Shown here one piece after another: positions 34,871-43,925 of a DNA stretch of 64,000 nucleotides (the first letter of the stretch is position 1; each line of letters opens with the position of its first letter). The notes under the pieces are model-generated. The model had not been told where the DNA came from and did not search any database. It saw nothing but the letters and a program-made list of their open reading frames with translations. The DNA comes from Pirellulales bacterium (GTDB lineage: Bacteria > Planctomycetota > Planctomycetia > Pirellulales > Thermoguttaceae). Both the position numbers and the translations under genes were made by a program. The stretch is from contig JAFGIR010000016.1 of the NCBI GenBank assembly GCA_016929515.1, positions 26,390-90,389 on the forward strand. The letters run 5' to 3'.

Positions 34871-35730
34871 GTTCCTTTTCTCCTAATGCGGGAACAGAAT
34901 AGGGGGACCAGTCGTGCGCGCTAGCGCGTAGACAGCCAGCGAATCACCTTCATAAACCGCGTGATCGCTCAGGAGTGTCGATTAATTCCAAAGGAATCGT
35001 CAGCTCTAGTCTGTTTGGGGGGATCTATTTAATCTGTAGTAGCAAAGTAAGTAAATTGGGAGACTTGGCGTACATTCTCGTGGCCATTTTCTCGCCGACA
35101 ATAGCCTGGAGCGACGGTTTCGTCCCAGACATAACACAAGACTTTGCCAATGTTGTCCGCCCCCCGGCTAGCCCCTATAATCCACCGATTTTCGCCAACG
35201 AACTCTTCTTACTGAAGATGCGTATAGTAGTCCGGCGGCTGGCTCATCAGGTTTTCCGCCTTGGAGAACAGGCCACCTGATGACACAATAGACCGGTGGC
35301 AGAGGATGTTGCAGCGAAGCCCCATCGTCGTGTTGCCGATTGTCGACAAGGTCGACCAAGAACAACCGACCTGGAGTGATTTTCGAAGACGTGTGTGTGT
35401 TGCAGTGGCCACCTTGAATACGATTGACAACGTTGGCACTCTTGCCCGAGACTGTCACAGACGTTACAAGTCATTAAGAAACCAGTATTTGATACGACTC
35501 GGGCATTAGAGAATTGTTTGGACCGAAATCACGGGGTGGTCGATGATCCGGATGGGCCGAGTTCACTTGCACCCGTCAGGAACTGCCCACGATAGATTTG
35601 CGCGGTGCTCCTTAGCCGCCGGTGAACAATCGCATAGCGAACGAAAAGGTATGATTTCGAGACGTTGAAGGAGGCCGGGCATTCGTTCCGGCGCGTCTTG
35701 CCCACTGCGATCCTTGGGAGAAACAAAGGG

Positions 35731-36009
35731 ATGCATATTCACGGCCCGTCTCATTTGCACGGCCCTCAGCCGGTCGGCGCGCCACACTCATCTCGCGTGG
35801 CGAAGTCCGACACGACGACCTTTTCGGGTCCGATTCAAGACGAACTCCAGATTTCCGATGCGGCTCGACTAATTGAACAAGTCAAGCAGACTCCTGACAT
35901 CCGTCAAGATCGCGTTGACGCCATCCGGCAGCAGATTGCAGCCGGCACTTACGAGACGCCCGAGAAGCTTGACATTGCGTTGGATCGGCTTCTGGACGAG
36001 ATCGGTTAG
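35731..36009 (+). CDS. flgM: anti-sigma-28 factor FlgM
   Basis: 92 aa. The C-terminal segment IRQDRVDAIRQQIAAGTYETPEKLDIALDRLLDEI is the FlgM signature. The start is taken at ATG 35731 (MHIHG). Confidence 0.75.
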   Translation: MHIHGPSHLHGPQPVGAPHSSRVAKSDTTTFSGPIQDELQISDAARLIEQVKQTPDIRQDRVDAIRQQIAAGTYETPEKLDIALDRLLDEIG

Positions 36010-36018
36010 CGCCTTGGC

Positions 36019-36498
36019 ATGTCAAAGGACTACTCACTTCGCACCGTGAAAGTCCCGCTGTCGCCGCGAGAACGGTTTGCCCAGTTTCTGCAGGCCAAGG
36101 GCAAACGAATGACCCGGCAACGACAGCTCATCGTCGATGTTGTCTTCAGCCATCATGATCACTTCGATGCCGACGAACTGATGGCTCATCTCCAGGGGTT
36201 GCTCCGCCGGCGCGAGTTGAGCCGGCCGACCGTCTACCGCACGCTCGGTGAACTGACCGAGGCAGGCCTGATTCGCAAGATGGTGCTCTCTGGCCGCAGT
36301 GTCTACGAACATCAATACGGCTACCCACGGCACGACCATCTGCACTGCGAGGTCTGCAACCGGCTGATCGAATTCCACAGCCCCGAGTTGGAACGGCTCG
36401 TCCGCGAAGCGGCCGTGCAGCACGAATTCCAGGTGAACAGCCACCGGACATTCGTCACGGGTATCTGCGCCGACTGCCAGCGAAGGGAATCGCGGTAG
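36019..36498 (+). CDS. fur: Fur-family metalloregulator
   Basis: The winged-helix block is RMTRQRQLIVDVVFSHHDHFDADEL...SRPTVYRTLGELTEAGLI. The metal sites are HDHLHCEVCNRLIEF and GICADC. Confidence 0.85.
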   Translation: MSKDYSLRTVKVPLSPRERFAQFLQAKGKRMTRQRQLIVDVVFSHHDHFDADELMAHLQGLLRRRELSRPTVYRTLGELTEAGLIRKMVLSGRSVYEHQYGYPRHDHLHCEVCNRLIEFHSPELERLVREAAVQHEFQVNSHRTFVTGICADCQRRESR

Positions 36499-36508
36499 TC
36501 CGATTAGC

Positions 36509-38083
36509 CTACGCCTCTTCGAGCATCTTCCATCCCAGCGCGTCGGCCAGGGTGAAGACGGGCTCCTTCAGGTCGCCGTAGTAGGTCACCCGGTGCCAGC
36601 CCCATTTGTCCCACTGGCGGAGCAACTTCTCCAGGTCGCCGACCGGCTCCACGGCCAGTTTCGTCCGGCACGCCCGATCGTCGTCCACGTTGGCCATCGC
36701 CTTGCCCTGGTGGAAAGCGATCGCCTTTCGGGCAGGGTTGAATTTGACCGTGGTCGTCATGTAACCCAGCGGGCAGAGTGATCGAACCGCCGCCCCCCGG
36801 CGATCCTCGCTGTGCGTGAGGATCTCGAATGGGCTGGTCTCACCCTCCGGCCCGAACACCTTGTTCGACGCAACGCAATGGGCGTAAATGATCTGCCGCG
36901 TCGATGTATCGATGACCGGATCGGAAATGAAGCCGGGCCGTCCTCGTGTCAAGGCCGTCATGGCGATCATCGTGGCGGTCGACAGCAGATCGCACTCGCA
37001 CGCGCCAATGAGCCCCTCGTTATTCAACTCGTGGAAACCCATACACGGATAGGCGTGGATATGTCCTCCATAGAACCCGCCGAGGCAATTGATCGTGATC
37101 GCATTCGCGCCGTGCCGCTTGAGGACTTCCTTTTGGGCTAGGTACATGGCGGCCGACTGTTTAAGTGTTTCTGGTGAGACATTTTCGATTCTTCGAGCCG
37201 TCTTCTGCCACTTTTCGGCTATTTCGATCGACTGATCCCTGTCGGCCGACTGCCAGGCTGCGTTCAATTCGGCGTACGGCACGTCGACCACTTCAATGCC
37301 CATCTCTTTCTTGATGGCACTCCAGAGTCCCCCGTGTCTTCCACCCACCGCGAGGATCTTGCCCCGCTTCATTGCGGCCAAGCAGTCTTTCATATCGAGC
37401 GTCGCGACGGGATCGGGCAGCGAGGAAAGATCTCCGGGTGCGGGCGTTCGTTGCCGGCGCACCCGTTCGGTCGCCTCGACGAATTGTCCCATCGCACCTC
37501 CCCTGGCAACGATTTCAAAACACTGGACGGCCGCCGACAAGTCGTCCGGATCGGACGAGGCGACATAGCCAACGTTGGGTCGCTTCTGCCGAAGCATTTT
37601 GGCCGTGTATAGAAGGAACCCGCCGCTGCCGCCATAGGTGAAGTCGGCAAAAAGCGTCGGTTTACCCGAGGTCACCACCGTCTGCACCACGCGGGGCCAG
37701 TTGTTCATTTGCATGACTAAATAGCCGTCGACCGGCGACGATTTGTCTTGAGCGAGAATCTTCTTGGCCTGCTCAGACCCATCGGCCATCGACGTGACGA
37801 ACTCGAAACCAGGACACGCCGCCTTCAATTGTGTCTCGATGCCGGCCATGACCGGCCTAAAATCGTACCCCACGTGTGGCCAGGTCGGACGTGGTTGGAC
37901 CTTGTCATACAAGCTGTAGATGATTCGGATCCGCGGCTTGTCAGCGGCCACGGCTGCCCGAGCCAGACGATCAGTGGCCAGCAAGCCCGTCACCCCGGCG
38001 CAGGCCGCGCAGCCGGCTGCCAGGAATCGCCGCCGGCTCAGAGGACAACAGGAACACGAAGAAACTAATTCGGAGTGTTTCAT
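36509..38083 (-). CDS. Tat-signal, L-fucose/L-arabinose-isomerase-like (COG2407-like) protein, paralog 1 (524 aa)
   Basis: The N-terminus is MKHSELVSSCSCCPLSRRRFLAAGCAACAGVTGLLATDRLARA|A. The core AYPCMGFHELNNEGLIGACECDLLSTATM...GRPGFISDPVID...WGWHRVTYYGD resembles the metal-site layout of FucI/AraA-like isomerases. The ATG at 38083 follows AGGAAA. Confidence 0.8.
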   Translation of the reverse strand: MKHSELVSSCSCCPLSRRRFLAAGCAACAGVTGLLATDRLARAAVAADKPRIRIIYSLYDKVQPRPTWPHVGYDFRPVMAGIETQLKAACPGFEFVTSMADGSEQAKKILAQDKSSPVDGYLVMQMNNWPRVVQTVVTSGKPTLFADFTYGGSGGFLLYTAKMLRQKRPNVGYVASSDPDDLSAAVQCFEIVARGGAMGQFVEATERVRRQRTPAPGDLSSLPDPVATLDMKDCLAAMKRGKILAVGGRHGGLWSAIKKEMGIEVVDVPYAELNAAWQSADRDQSIEIAEKWQKTARRIENVSPETLKQSAAMYLAQKEVLKRHGANAITINCLGGFYGGHIHAYPCMGFHELNNEGLIGACECDLLSTATMIAMTALTRGRPGFISDPVIDTSTRQIIYAHCVASNKVFGPEGETSPFEILTHSEDRRGAAVRSLCPLGYMTTTVKFNPARKAIAFHQGKAMANVDDDRACRTKLAVEPVGDLEKLLRQWDKWGWHRVTYYGDLKEPVFTLADALGWKMLEEA

Positions 38084-38341
38084 CACAGGTTTCCTTTTTG
38101 TGAGGACCGGTAACAAAGGGGGGCTACAAACATGGTCACCACCGGCTCGCGCCACCTCCAACGGTTTCTGGCCGTGGAAGGCCCTTACGAACCGACGGGT
38201 GGTTAGGGAATAAACGCGATGAGGCCCCGGTTTTCGGTCCTCCGGGCACCGCTTCGCCATGGCCTGATCACCGTCAGGATGTTCCACAAGGCTTTCTGCT
38301 TGCTTTCTCGTATCGTCTTGTGAGCGTTTCCACGACCGCGA

Positions 38342-39916
38342 CTACGCCTCTTCGAGCACTTTCCAACCCAGTGCGTCGGCCAGAGCGTAGACGGGCTCTT
38401 TCAGATCGCCATAGTAGGTCACTCGGTGCCACCCCCATTGGTCCCACTGGCCAAACAACTTCTCGATATCGCCGACCGGCTCAACCGCCAGTTTCGTGCG
38501 ACACGCCCGATCGTCGTCCACGTTCTCCACCGCCTTGCCTTGGTGAAAGAGAATGGTCTTCCACTCCGGACCGAACTCGACGGTCGTGGTCATATAGCCC
38601 GTCGGAAAGATCGACCGAACCGCAGCGCCCTTGCGGTCTTCGCTGTGGGTGAGGATTTCGAACGGGTTGGACGGGCCCTCCGGTCCGAATACCCTGTTCG
38701 AGGCGACACAATGGGCATAGATGATTTGCCGCTTCGCCGCGTCGATCACCGGATCGGAGATGAAACCGGGACGGCCCCCGGCAAGTGCCGTCATCGCAAC
38801 CATGGTCGAGGCCGACCGTACGTCGCACTCGCACCCGCCGATCATCCCCTGGTTATTCAACTCATGAAACCCCAAGCAAGGATACGCGTGCAGATGACCT
38901 CCGTAGAACCCACCGAGGCAGTGGATCGTGATCCCGGTGGCGTCGTGCCGCTTGAGCAGCTCTTTTTCGGCCAAGTACATCGCGGCCGACGCTTCGAGCG
39001 TCTCGCGCGAGACGTCTTCGATACGCCGGGCCGCCTGCTGCCAGCGGTCGGCGATTTCCTGCGATTGGTCCTTGTCGGCTGCCCGCCAGGCTGCGTCGAG
39101 CTCGGCGAACGAAACCTGGACGACCTGAATACCCATTTGCTCTTCGATCGCCTGCCAGAGCCGTCCTCGCCCACGACCCACGGCCAGAATCTTGCCTCGT
39201 TTCATCGCGGCAAGGCAGTCTTTCGGCTCCAGCGCGCGCGGTGCATCGGGCTTGCACGAGAGATCGCCGGGTGCGGGCGTGCGCTCGCGGCGAGTCTGGG
39301 CGACCGCCGCGGCGAACTGCTCCCTGGAACCGCCTTGCTCGACGACGTGGAAACACTTGACCGCCGCGACCAGATCATCCAAGTCGGAGGACGAGACAAA
39401 ACCGAGTCGCGGCTGCGTCTCGCGCAACGATCGCGCCGTGTTGCTGAGAAATCGGCCCGTACCGCCATACGGGAAATCGGCGTAAAGCGTCGGCTTGCCC
39501 GCGGCAAGCACGGTCCGTACCGCGCGGGTCCGGTTGTTCAATTGATAGACCAGATAGCCGTCGACGGGCAACGCCTTGTCCTGTTCGAGGATTTTCTTGG
39601 CCTGCTCGGCGCCATTGACCGTCGCGGTGACGAACTCGAACTCCGGGCAATCCTCCTTGAGCTTGGCGTCGATTCGGGCGATGACCGGCCGAAAGTCAAA
39701 CCCAACGTTCGGCCAGTCCGGGCGGACCTGCTTCAGATCCTGGAACGCATAGATGACCCGAATCCGAGTCTTCTTCGTCTTCTCGGCCGCTCGGGCAAGG
39801 CTGCCCGCCCTCAGAAGACCGGTCGCCCCGGCACACGCCGCGCAGCTGGCTTCAAGAAACCGACGGCGGTTCACCGAACAACAAGCACACATGGAAGAAG
39901 ACTCGGAGTGTTTCAT
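38342..39916 (-). CDS. Tat-signal isomerase-like protein, paralog 2 (524 aa)
   Basis: The N-terminus is MKHSESSSMCACCSVNRRRFLEASCAACAGATGLLRAGSLARA|A. It has the same core motifs as paralog 1. The ATG at 39916 lies 6 nt after GGAAG; ATG 39919 is an alternative. Confidence 0.8.
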   Translation of the reverse strand: MKHSESSSMCACCSVNRRRFLEASCAACAGATGLLRAGSLARAAEKTKKTRIRVIYAFQDLKQVRPDWPNVGFDFRPVIARIDAKLKEDCPEFEFVTATVNGAEQAKKILEQDKALPVDGYLVYQLNNRTRAVRTVLAAGKPTLYADFPYGGTGRFLSNTARSLRETQPRLGFVSSSDLDDLVAAVKCFHVVEQGGSREQFAAAVAQTRRERTPAPGDLSCKPDAPRALEPKDCLAAMKRGKILAVGRGRGRLWQAIEEQMGIQVVQVSFAELDAAWRAADKDQSQEIADRWQQAARRIEDVSRETLEASAAMYLAEKELLKRHDATGITIHCLGGFYGGHLHAYPCLGFHELNNQGMIGGCECDVRSASTMVAMTALAGGRPGFISDPVIDAAKRQIIYAHCVASNRVFGPEGPSNPFEILTHSEDRKGAAVRSIFPTGYMTTTVEFGPEWKTILFHQGKAVENVDDDRACRTKLAVEPVGDIEKLFGQWDQWGWHRVTYYGDLKEPVYALADALGWKVLEEA

Positions 39917-40076
39917 CATGATCTTCCTTTGATTGAGGTGGGCAGGACGCATGCCGCGAAATGGGAGGAATATGGGTTGATGCCGCAAGAAACAGTAGGG
40001 CCGATCGGCGCGACTCGGCCAAGGCAAAACAAAGCGGTGTGCGGTTTCCTTGTTGTAAACGCTCTCGACGACGTGA

Positions 40077-41651
40077 CTACGCCTCCTCCAATACCTTCCA
40101 CCCCAACGCGTCGGCCAGGGCGAAGACAGGCTCTTTCAGGTCACCGTAGTAGGTCACGCGGTGCCAGCCCCACTGGTCCCACTGGCGGAAGAGTTTCTCG
40201 ATGTCACCCACCGGTTCGACCGCCAGCTTCGTGCGACACGCCCGATCGTCGTCGACGTTCTCCACGGCCTTGCCTTGGTGAAAGAGAATGGCCTTCCGCT
40301 CGGAACTGAACTTGACCGTCGTCGTCATGTAGCCCACGGGGAAGATCGAGCGGACTGCGGCACCGTTGCGATCTTCGCTGTGCGTGAGAATCTCGAATGG
40401 GTTTGTTTCGCCTTGTGGTCCGAAGACCCGGTTCGATGCGACGCAATGGGCGTAAATAATTTGCCGCTTGGCGGTGTCAACGACCGGATCGGAGATGAAC
40501 CCCGGCCGACCCCCGGTCATAGCCGTCATGGCCACCATCGTCGCAGTAGCTCGCAAGTCGCACTCGCACGCCCCGATGAGGCCTCGGTTGTTCAATTCGT
40601 GGAAACCCAGGCACGGATAGGCGTGGATATGCCCTCCGTAAAAGCCTCCGAGGCAATTGATCGTGATCGCGTTGGCGCCGTGCTTCTTGAGCACCTCTTT
40701 TTCGGCTAGATACATGGCCGCCGACTGTTCCAGCGTCTCGCGCGAAACATCCTCGATCTTTGCAGCCGTTTTCTGCCAGCGGTCGGCGATTTCTCGCGAC
40801 TGGTCCTTGTCGGCCGCCTCCCAAGCCGCGTTCAACTCGGCAAAGGGCACCTCGACGATTTCGATGCCCATCTGCTCGGTGACGGCCGGACCGATCTTCG
40901 GAAAAAAGCGACCCACCGTCAGAATCTTGCTCTGCTTCATCGCCGTGAGGCAGTCTTTTGTATCGAGCGTCTTGAGCGGGTCGGGTTTGCAGATCAAGTC
41001 ACTCGACGCGGGCGTCCCGTTCTTGCGCACCCGCTCGGTGGCCGCGACAAAGTCCGCAACCGAGCCGCCTTTCTTGATCAGTTCAAAACAACCCACCGCC
41101 GCGACCAGATCGTCCGGGTTCGACGAGGCGACGAAACCCAAGTTCGGCGTGTTGCGACGCAGCAAGCTCGCCGTGTAAACGAGGAATCCGCCGCTGCCAC
41201 CGAATTGAAAGTCGGCGTAGAGCGTCGGCTTGCCGGTGGTAACCACAGGCTGCACCACGTGATTCCAGCAGTTCATCTGATAAACGAGGTAGCCGTCGAT
41301 CTTGGCCGACTTGTCCTGTTCGAGGATCTCCTGGGTCTGCTTCGCGCCGGTGGCCATCGACGTGACGAACTCGATGTTTGGGCATCCCCTCTTCAACACG
41401 GCCTCGATTTGCGCCATGACGGGCCGGAAATCGAACCCAACGTTCGGCCAGTCCGCGCTCAGCTGTGTGGGGCCATGCAGAGCGTAGATGATCCGGATCC
41501 GCGTCTTATCCGTTTTCTCGGCTGCCCGAGCAAGGCCGCTGCCCGCCATAAGCCCCGTCGCGCCGGCACACGCCGCGCAACCGGCAGCAAGAAATCGACG
41601 CCGGCTGACCGGACAACAGGCGCACGCGGAAAGGCTCTCAAGGCGATTCAT
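40077..41651 (-). CDS. Tat-signal isomerase-like protein, paralog 3 (524 aa)
   Basis: The N-terminus is MNRLESLSACACCPVSRRRFLAAGCAACAGATGLMAGSGLARA|A. The C-terminus is nearly identical to paralog 2. Confidence 0.8.
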   Translation of the reverse strand: MNRLESLSACACCPVSRRRFLAAGCAACAGATGLMAGSGLARAAEKTDKTRIRIIYALHGPTQLSADWPNVGFDFRPVMAQIEAVLKRGCPNIEFVTSMATGAKQTQEILEQDKSAKIDGYLVYQMNCWNHVVQPVVTTGKPTLYADFQFGGSGGFLVYTASLLRRNTPNLGFVASSNPDDLVAAVGCFELIKKGGSVADFVAATERVRKNGTPASSDLICKPDPLKTLDTKDCLTAMKQSKILTVGRFFPKIGPAVTEQMGIEIVEVPFAELNAAWEAADKDQSREIADRWQKTAAKIEDVSRETLEQSAAMYLAEKEVLKKHGANAITINCLGGFYGGHIHAYPCLGFHELNNRGLIGACECDLRATATMVAMTAMTGGRPGFISDPVVDTAKRQIIYAHCVASNRVFGPQGETNPFEILTHSEDRNGAAVRSIFPVGYMTTTVKFSSERKAILFHQGKAVENVDDDRACRTKLAVEPVGDIEKLFRQWDQWGWHRVTYYGDLKEPVFALADALGWKVLEEA

Positions 41652-41920
41652 GATCGTTCTCCTCTAATCGCGGCGGGAAGGAGGAGGCAGAAGCGCGACA
41701 AGTAGGTGGGAAACTCGTGCCGCGCAGGAAACGAGAGTCTGCCACCTCCAGTTTCATCCTGTCATTCTACAGGTCTTTCCTGTTCGTTTCAAACGTTTCT
41801 CCATCTCCCGCGCGCACGGCACTCAAGGCCAACAGTGGCAAGCCTTTGTGGAAAGTCTCGGGGGCCAAAACGCCTTTTGCGGTGAATCAAAACCGGCGGC
41901 CACTCGGCTTTCTGACGCGG

Positions 41921-42862
41921 TCAGTCAACAACGGTCTTCTCGTCCGAGTCAAGAGCAAACGTCTCGACCGATGAAAACCGCCGGCGGATGGTTCGTTGAA
42001 ACTCGACGCTTGGGTAGCCGAGAATCAGGGCCATGGCCGGCGTGTTTCCCTCGGGCACCCCCAGCTTCCGGCACAGTGCCTTGTTGCGCTGGATGATCGG
42101 CGCGGCGCCGCCGATCATCGTCGTGCCCAGCCCGAGCGACTCGGCCGCCAGCATCGCGTAGGTGCATGCGATCATCGCATCGGGCACGTCGGTATAGGGC
42201 GAGTGGTGGAAAACAATCACGGCCGGCGCGTCGTAGAAGACCGCGTCGCGGCCCGCGCGGTGGTGCTGGACGTAAGTTTCAGCCAATGGGCGAATGAAAT
42301 CGCGAAACTGCTCGTATTTGGCCCGGCTCATCATCGGACGCATCAACGTCAGAACCCAGGGCCTGAAGAACTTCAGGAATCCCTCGTATCCTTCGATGAT
42401 CTGGTCGGCAAGCTCCCGCACGGCCTTCCGCCCGCGGACTACCACGCAGCCGACGTCCCACGGCGGAATGCCCATTGGGGCCGACGAGGCCATTTCGACT
42501 ACTCGATCGAGAAGCTCCTGGTCGACCGCCTGGTCGGTGAAATGGCGAACGCTGCGGCGACCGCGCATCAGCGCGGCAAGCGCGTCGGCCGTGGCCTTCT
42601 CGCCTGATTGCGGCGCCGGCAGCAGATCGTCCGGCGAGATGCCGCGACCGCTTACTCGAATCGCTCCCTCGGGGCAGACCATCATGCAGTGGCCGCAGGC
42701 GATGCAACCGAAAGGGCTGTCGGCGTGGACCACGATCCGCCCGTCGTCCAGGCTCAACACCTCGCCCGCGCAGACCTCGGCACACTGCCCACACTGGATG
42801 CAAGCGGCTTCGTCTACCCGAACGGTGCCCGCCTCGCGATAAAGACTATGCATGATGGCCAT
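41921..42862 (-). CDS. 2x[4Fe-4S] ferredoxin domain fused to nitroreductase-family domain
   Basis: It has CIQCGQCAEVC and CIACGHCMMVCP, followed by RRSVRHFTDQAVDQELLDRVVEMASSAPMG and the nitroreductase fold. Confidence 0.85.
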   Translation of the reverse strand: MAIMHSLYREAGTVRVDEAACIQCGQCAEVCAGEVLSLDDGRIVVHADSPFGCIACGHCMMVCPEGAIRVSGRGISPDDLLPAPQSGEKATADALAALMRGRRSVRHFTDQAVDQELLDRVVEMASSAPMGIPPWDVGCVVVRGRKAVRELADQIIEGYEGFLKFFRPWVLTLMRPMMSRAKYEQFRDFIRPLAETYVQHHRAGRDAVFYDAPAVIVFHHSPYTDVPDAMIACTYAMLAAESLGLGTTMIGGAAPIIQRNKALCRKLGVPEGNTPAMALILGYPSVEFQRTIRRRFSSVETFALDSDEKTVVD

Positions 42863-43092
42863 GAATGAGTTCCTTGTGCGGTCTCGGAAGTATTGTCCCC
42901 ACCCCCTCGATTTGGACTTTAATTTGCGTTGATTGGTTTTTCTGTAACCTGATGTTTTGTAATGCTTTGCGTCATGTCATATCGTCGTAAAATCGAGTGG
43001 CTCATTTTTTTCTTGGGACTAAATCCCCCGGGTTGAGGGAGACCACTGCGACTTTTTCTCCCCCATCCGGTCGATCCTTCGGGAAAAATCCC

Positions 43093-43114
43093 GGTGGGCG
43101 ATGCCCACCCTACG
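43093..43114. repeat. 'GGTGGGCGATGCCCACCCTACG' palindromic repeat
   Basis: It is identical to 57246-57267 and near-identical to both arms at 51828-51903. GGTGGGC / GCCCACC form a 7-bp stem. Confidence 0.75.
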
Positions 43115-43165
43115 TCTCTTTGACCGCACGTCGAGCAGGGCGTCACCTGTCATACCGAACGATCT

Positions 43166-43237
43166 GTCATTCCGAGCGAAGCGAGGAATCTCGTCCCCAC
43201 CAGACCATGCGAGATCCTTCGCTTCGCTCAGGATGAC
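43166..43237. repeat. REP-like hairpin, 'GTCATYCYGAGCGAAGCGA' family
   Basis: The arms are gtcattccgagcgaagcgaggaatctcg and gcgagatccttcgcttcgctcaggatgac. Confidence 0.75.
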
Positions 43238-43250
43238 AAACACGTCGCCG

Positions 43251-43460
43251 GCAGGGTGGCTGGGGCATAGCGGAGCGGTGCCCCGGAAGTCCGAGAACTG
43301 GGCCATGGCCCAGCGGCGGCCCAGGGCTCCTGCCGCCCGGCGACCGTGGTCCGGCCCTTCGACCTGATCATGCATGAGACGTCCCTCGTGGATCATGGTA
43401 GTCTGTATACCATGGGCACACAGGTTTTTTCAAGTCAACTTTTTGGCCACCCCTCTTTGT
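43251..43460 (+). repeat. dispersed repeat unit A, copy 1
   Basis: It starts with gcagggtggctggggcatagcggagcggtgcccc and ends around tttttggccacccc. It aligns with 44983-45155 (about 70% by eye, with a ~40-nt indel). Confidence 0.6.
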
Positions 43461-43601
43461 TGCCGCGTGCCCGACGACGAACGGGAACCACGGATGGACA
43501 CGAATCGACACAAGATGGAGGGAAAAACTGGAGAGGACGTACGCCGGGCCGGTGGTCGAGCGACGAAGATTGGCCACGAAAAACACGAAGACGGTAGGTG
43601 G

Positions 43602-43739
43602 CCTTGATGGATTGGCCGGACAGATCTCGGTGTGCGACTGCTTGCGGAGTTTCTCGTGGCGTTGAATCGGTGCGACGGCACTGCTTGCCGGAGACCATTA
43701 ACCAGGAGATAATCGGCAAGCAGTGCGGCCCCGTCTCGG
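43602..43739 (+). repeat. dispersed repeat unit B, copy 1 (contains 13-bp-stem hairpin)
   Basis: About 85-90% identical by eye to 44845-44983. The internal hairpin is GCACTGCTTGCCG-(23 nt)-CGGCAAGCAGTGC. Confidence 0.7.
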
Positions 43740-43833
43740 ACATCGACGTTCTTCGAGGCAAGCAGCGACACCGGAGCAAGTGTTTGTGACGCAAACGGAA
43801 TCGTAGCGGATCGTCGGTGGCCGAAAAAGGTAC

Positions 43834-43862
43834 TTGACAACGGATATTGCAGAACAGAGAAT
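43834..43862 (+). promoter_or_regulatory. candidate sigma-70-type promoter for the SHD1 gene
   Basis: TTGACA (43834-43839), a 17-nt spacer, then GAGAAT (43857-43862), about 65 nt upstream of the start. Confidence 0.3.
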
Positions 43863-43925
43863 TCTTCTTGACTAAAGACGCTACTCCCAGCTTATTGAAA
43901 TGGCATTCTGTCAAAGGGGTTCACT

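Noticed and set aside
38426-40309. 627-aa plus-strand ORF spanning paralog 2 and part of paralog 3.
   Set aside because: It is antisense to two ORFs with clear domain signatures and Tat signals. Its composition is Arg/Gly/Pro/Leu-rich, which is typical of the reverse frame of GC-rich genes, and I see no motifs.
43670-43700. GCCGGAGACCATT inside repeat unit B, which resembles part of the cobalamin-riboswitch B12 box.
   Set aside because: Only the GGAGACC core matches, the flanking B12-box positions do not, and the element occurs as a dispersed repeat rather than as a leader of a transport or biosynthesis gene.
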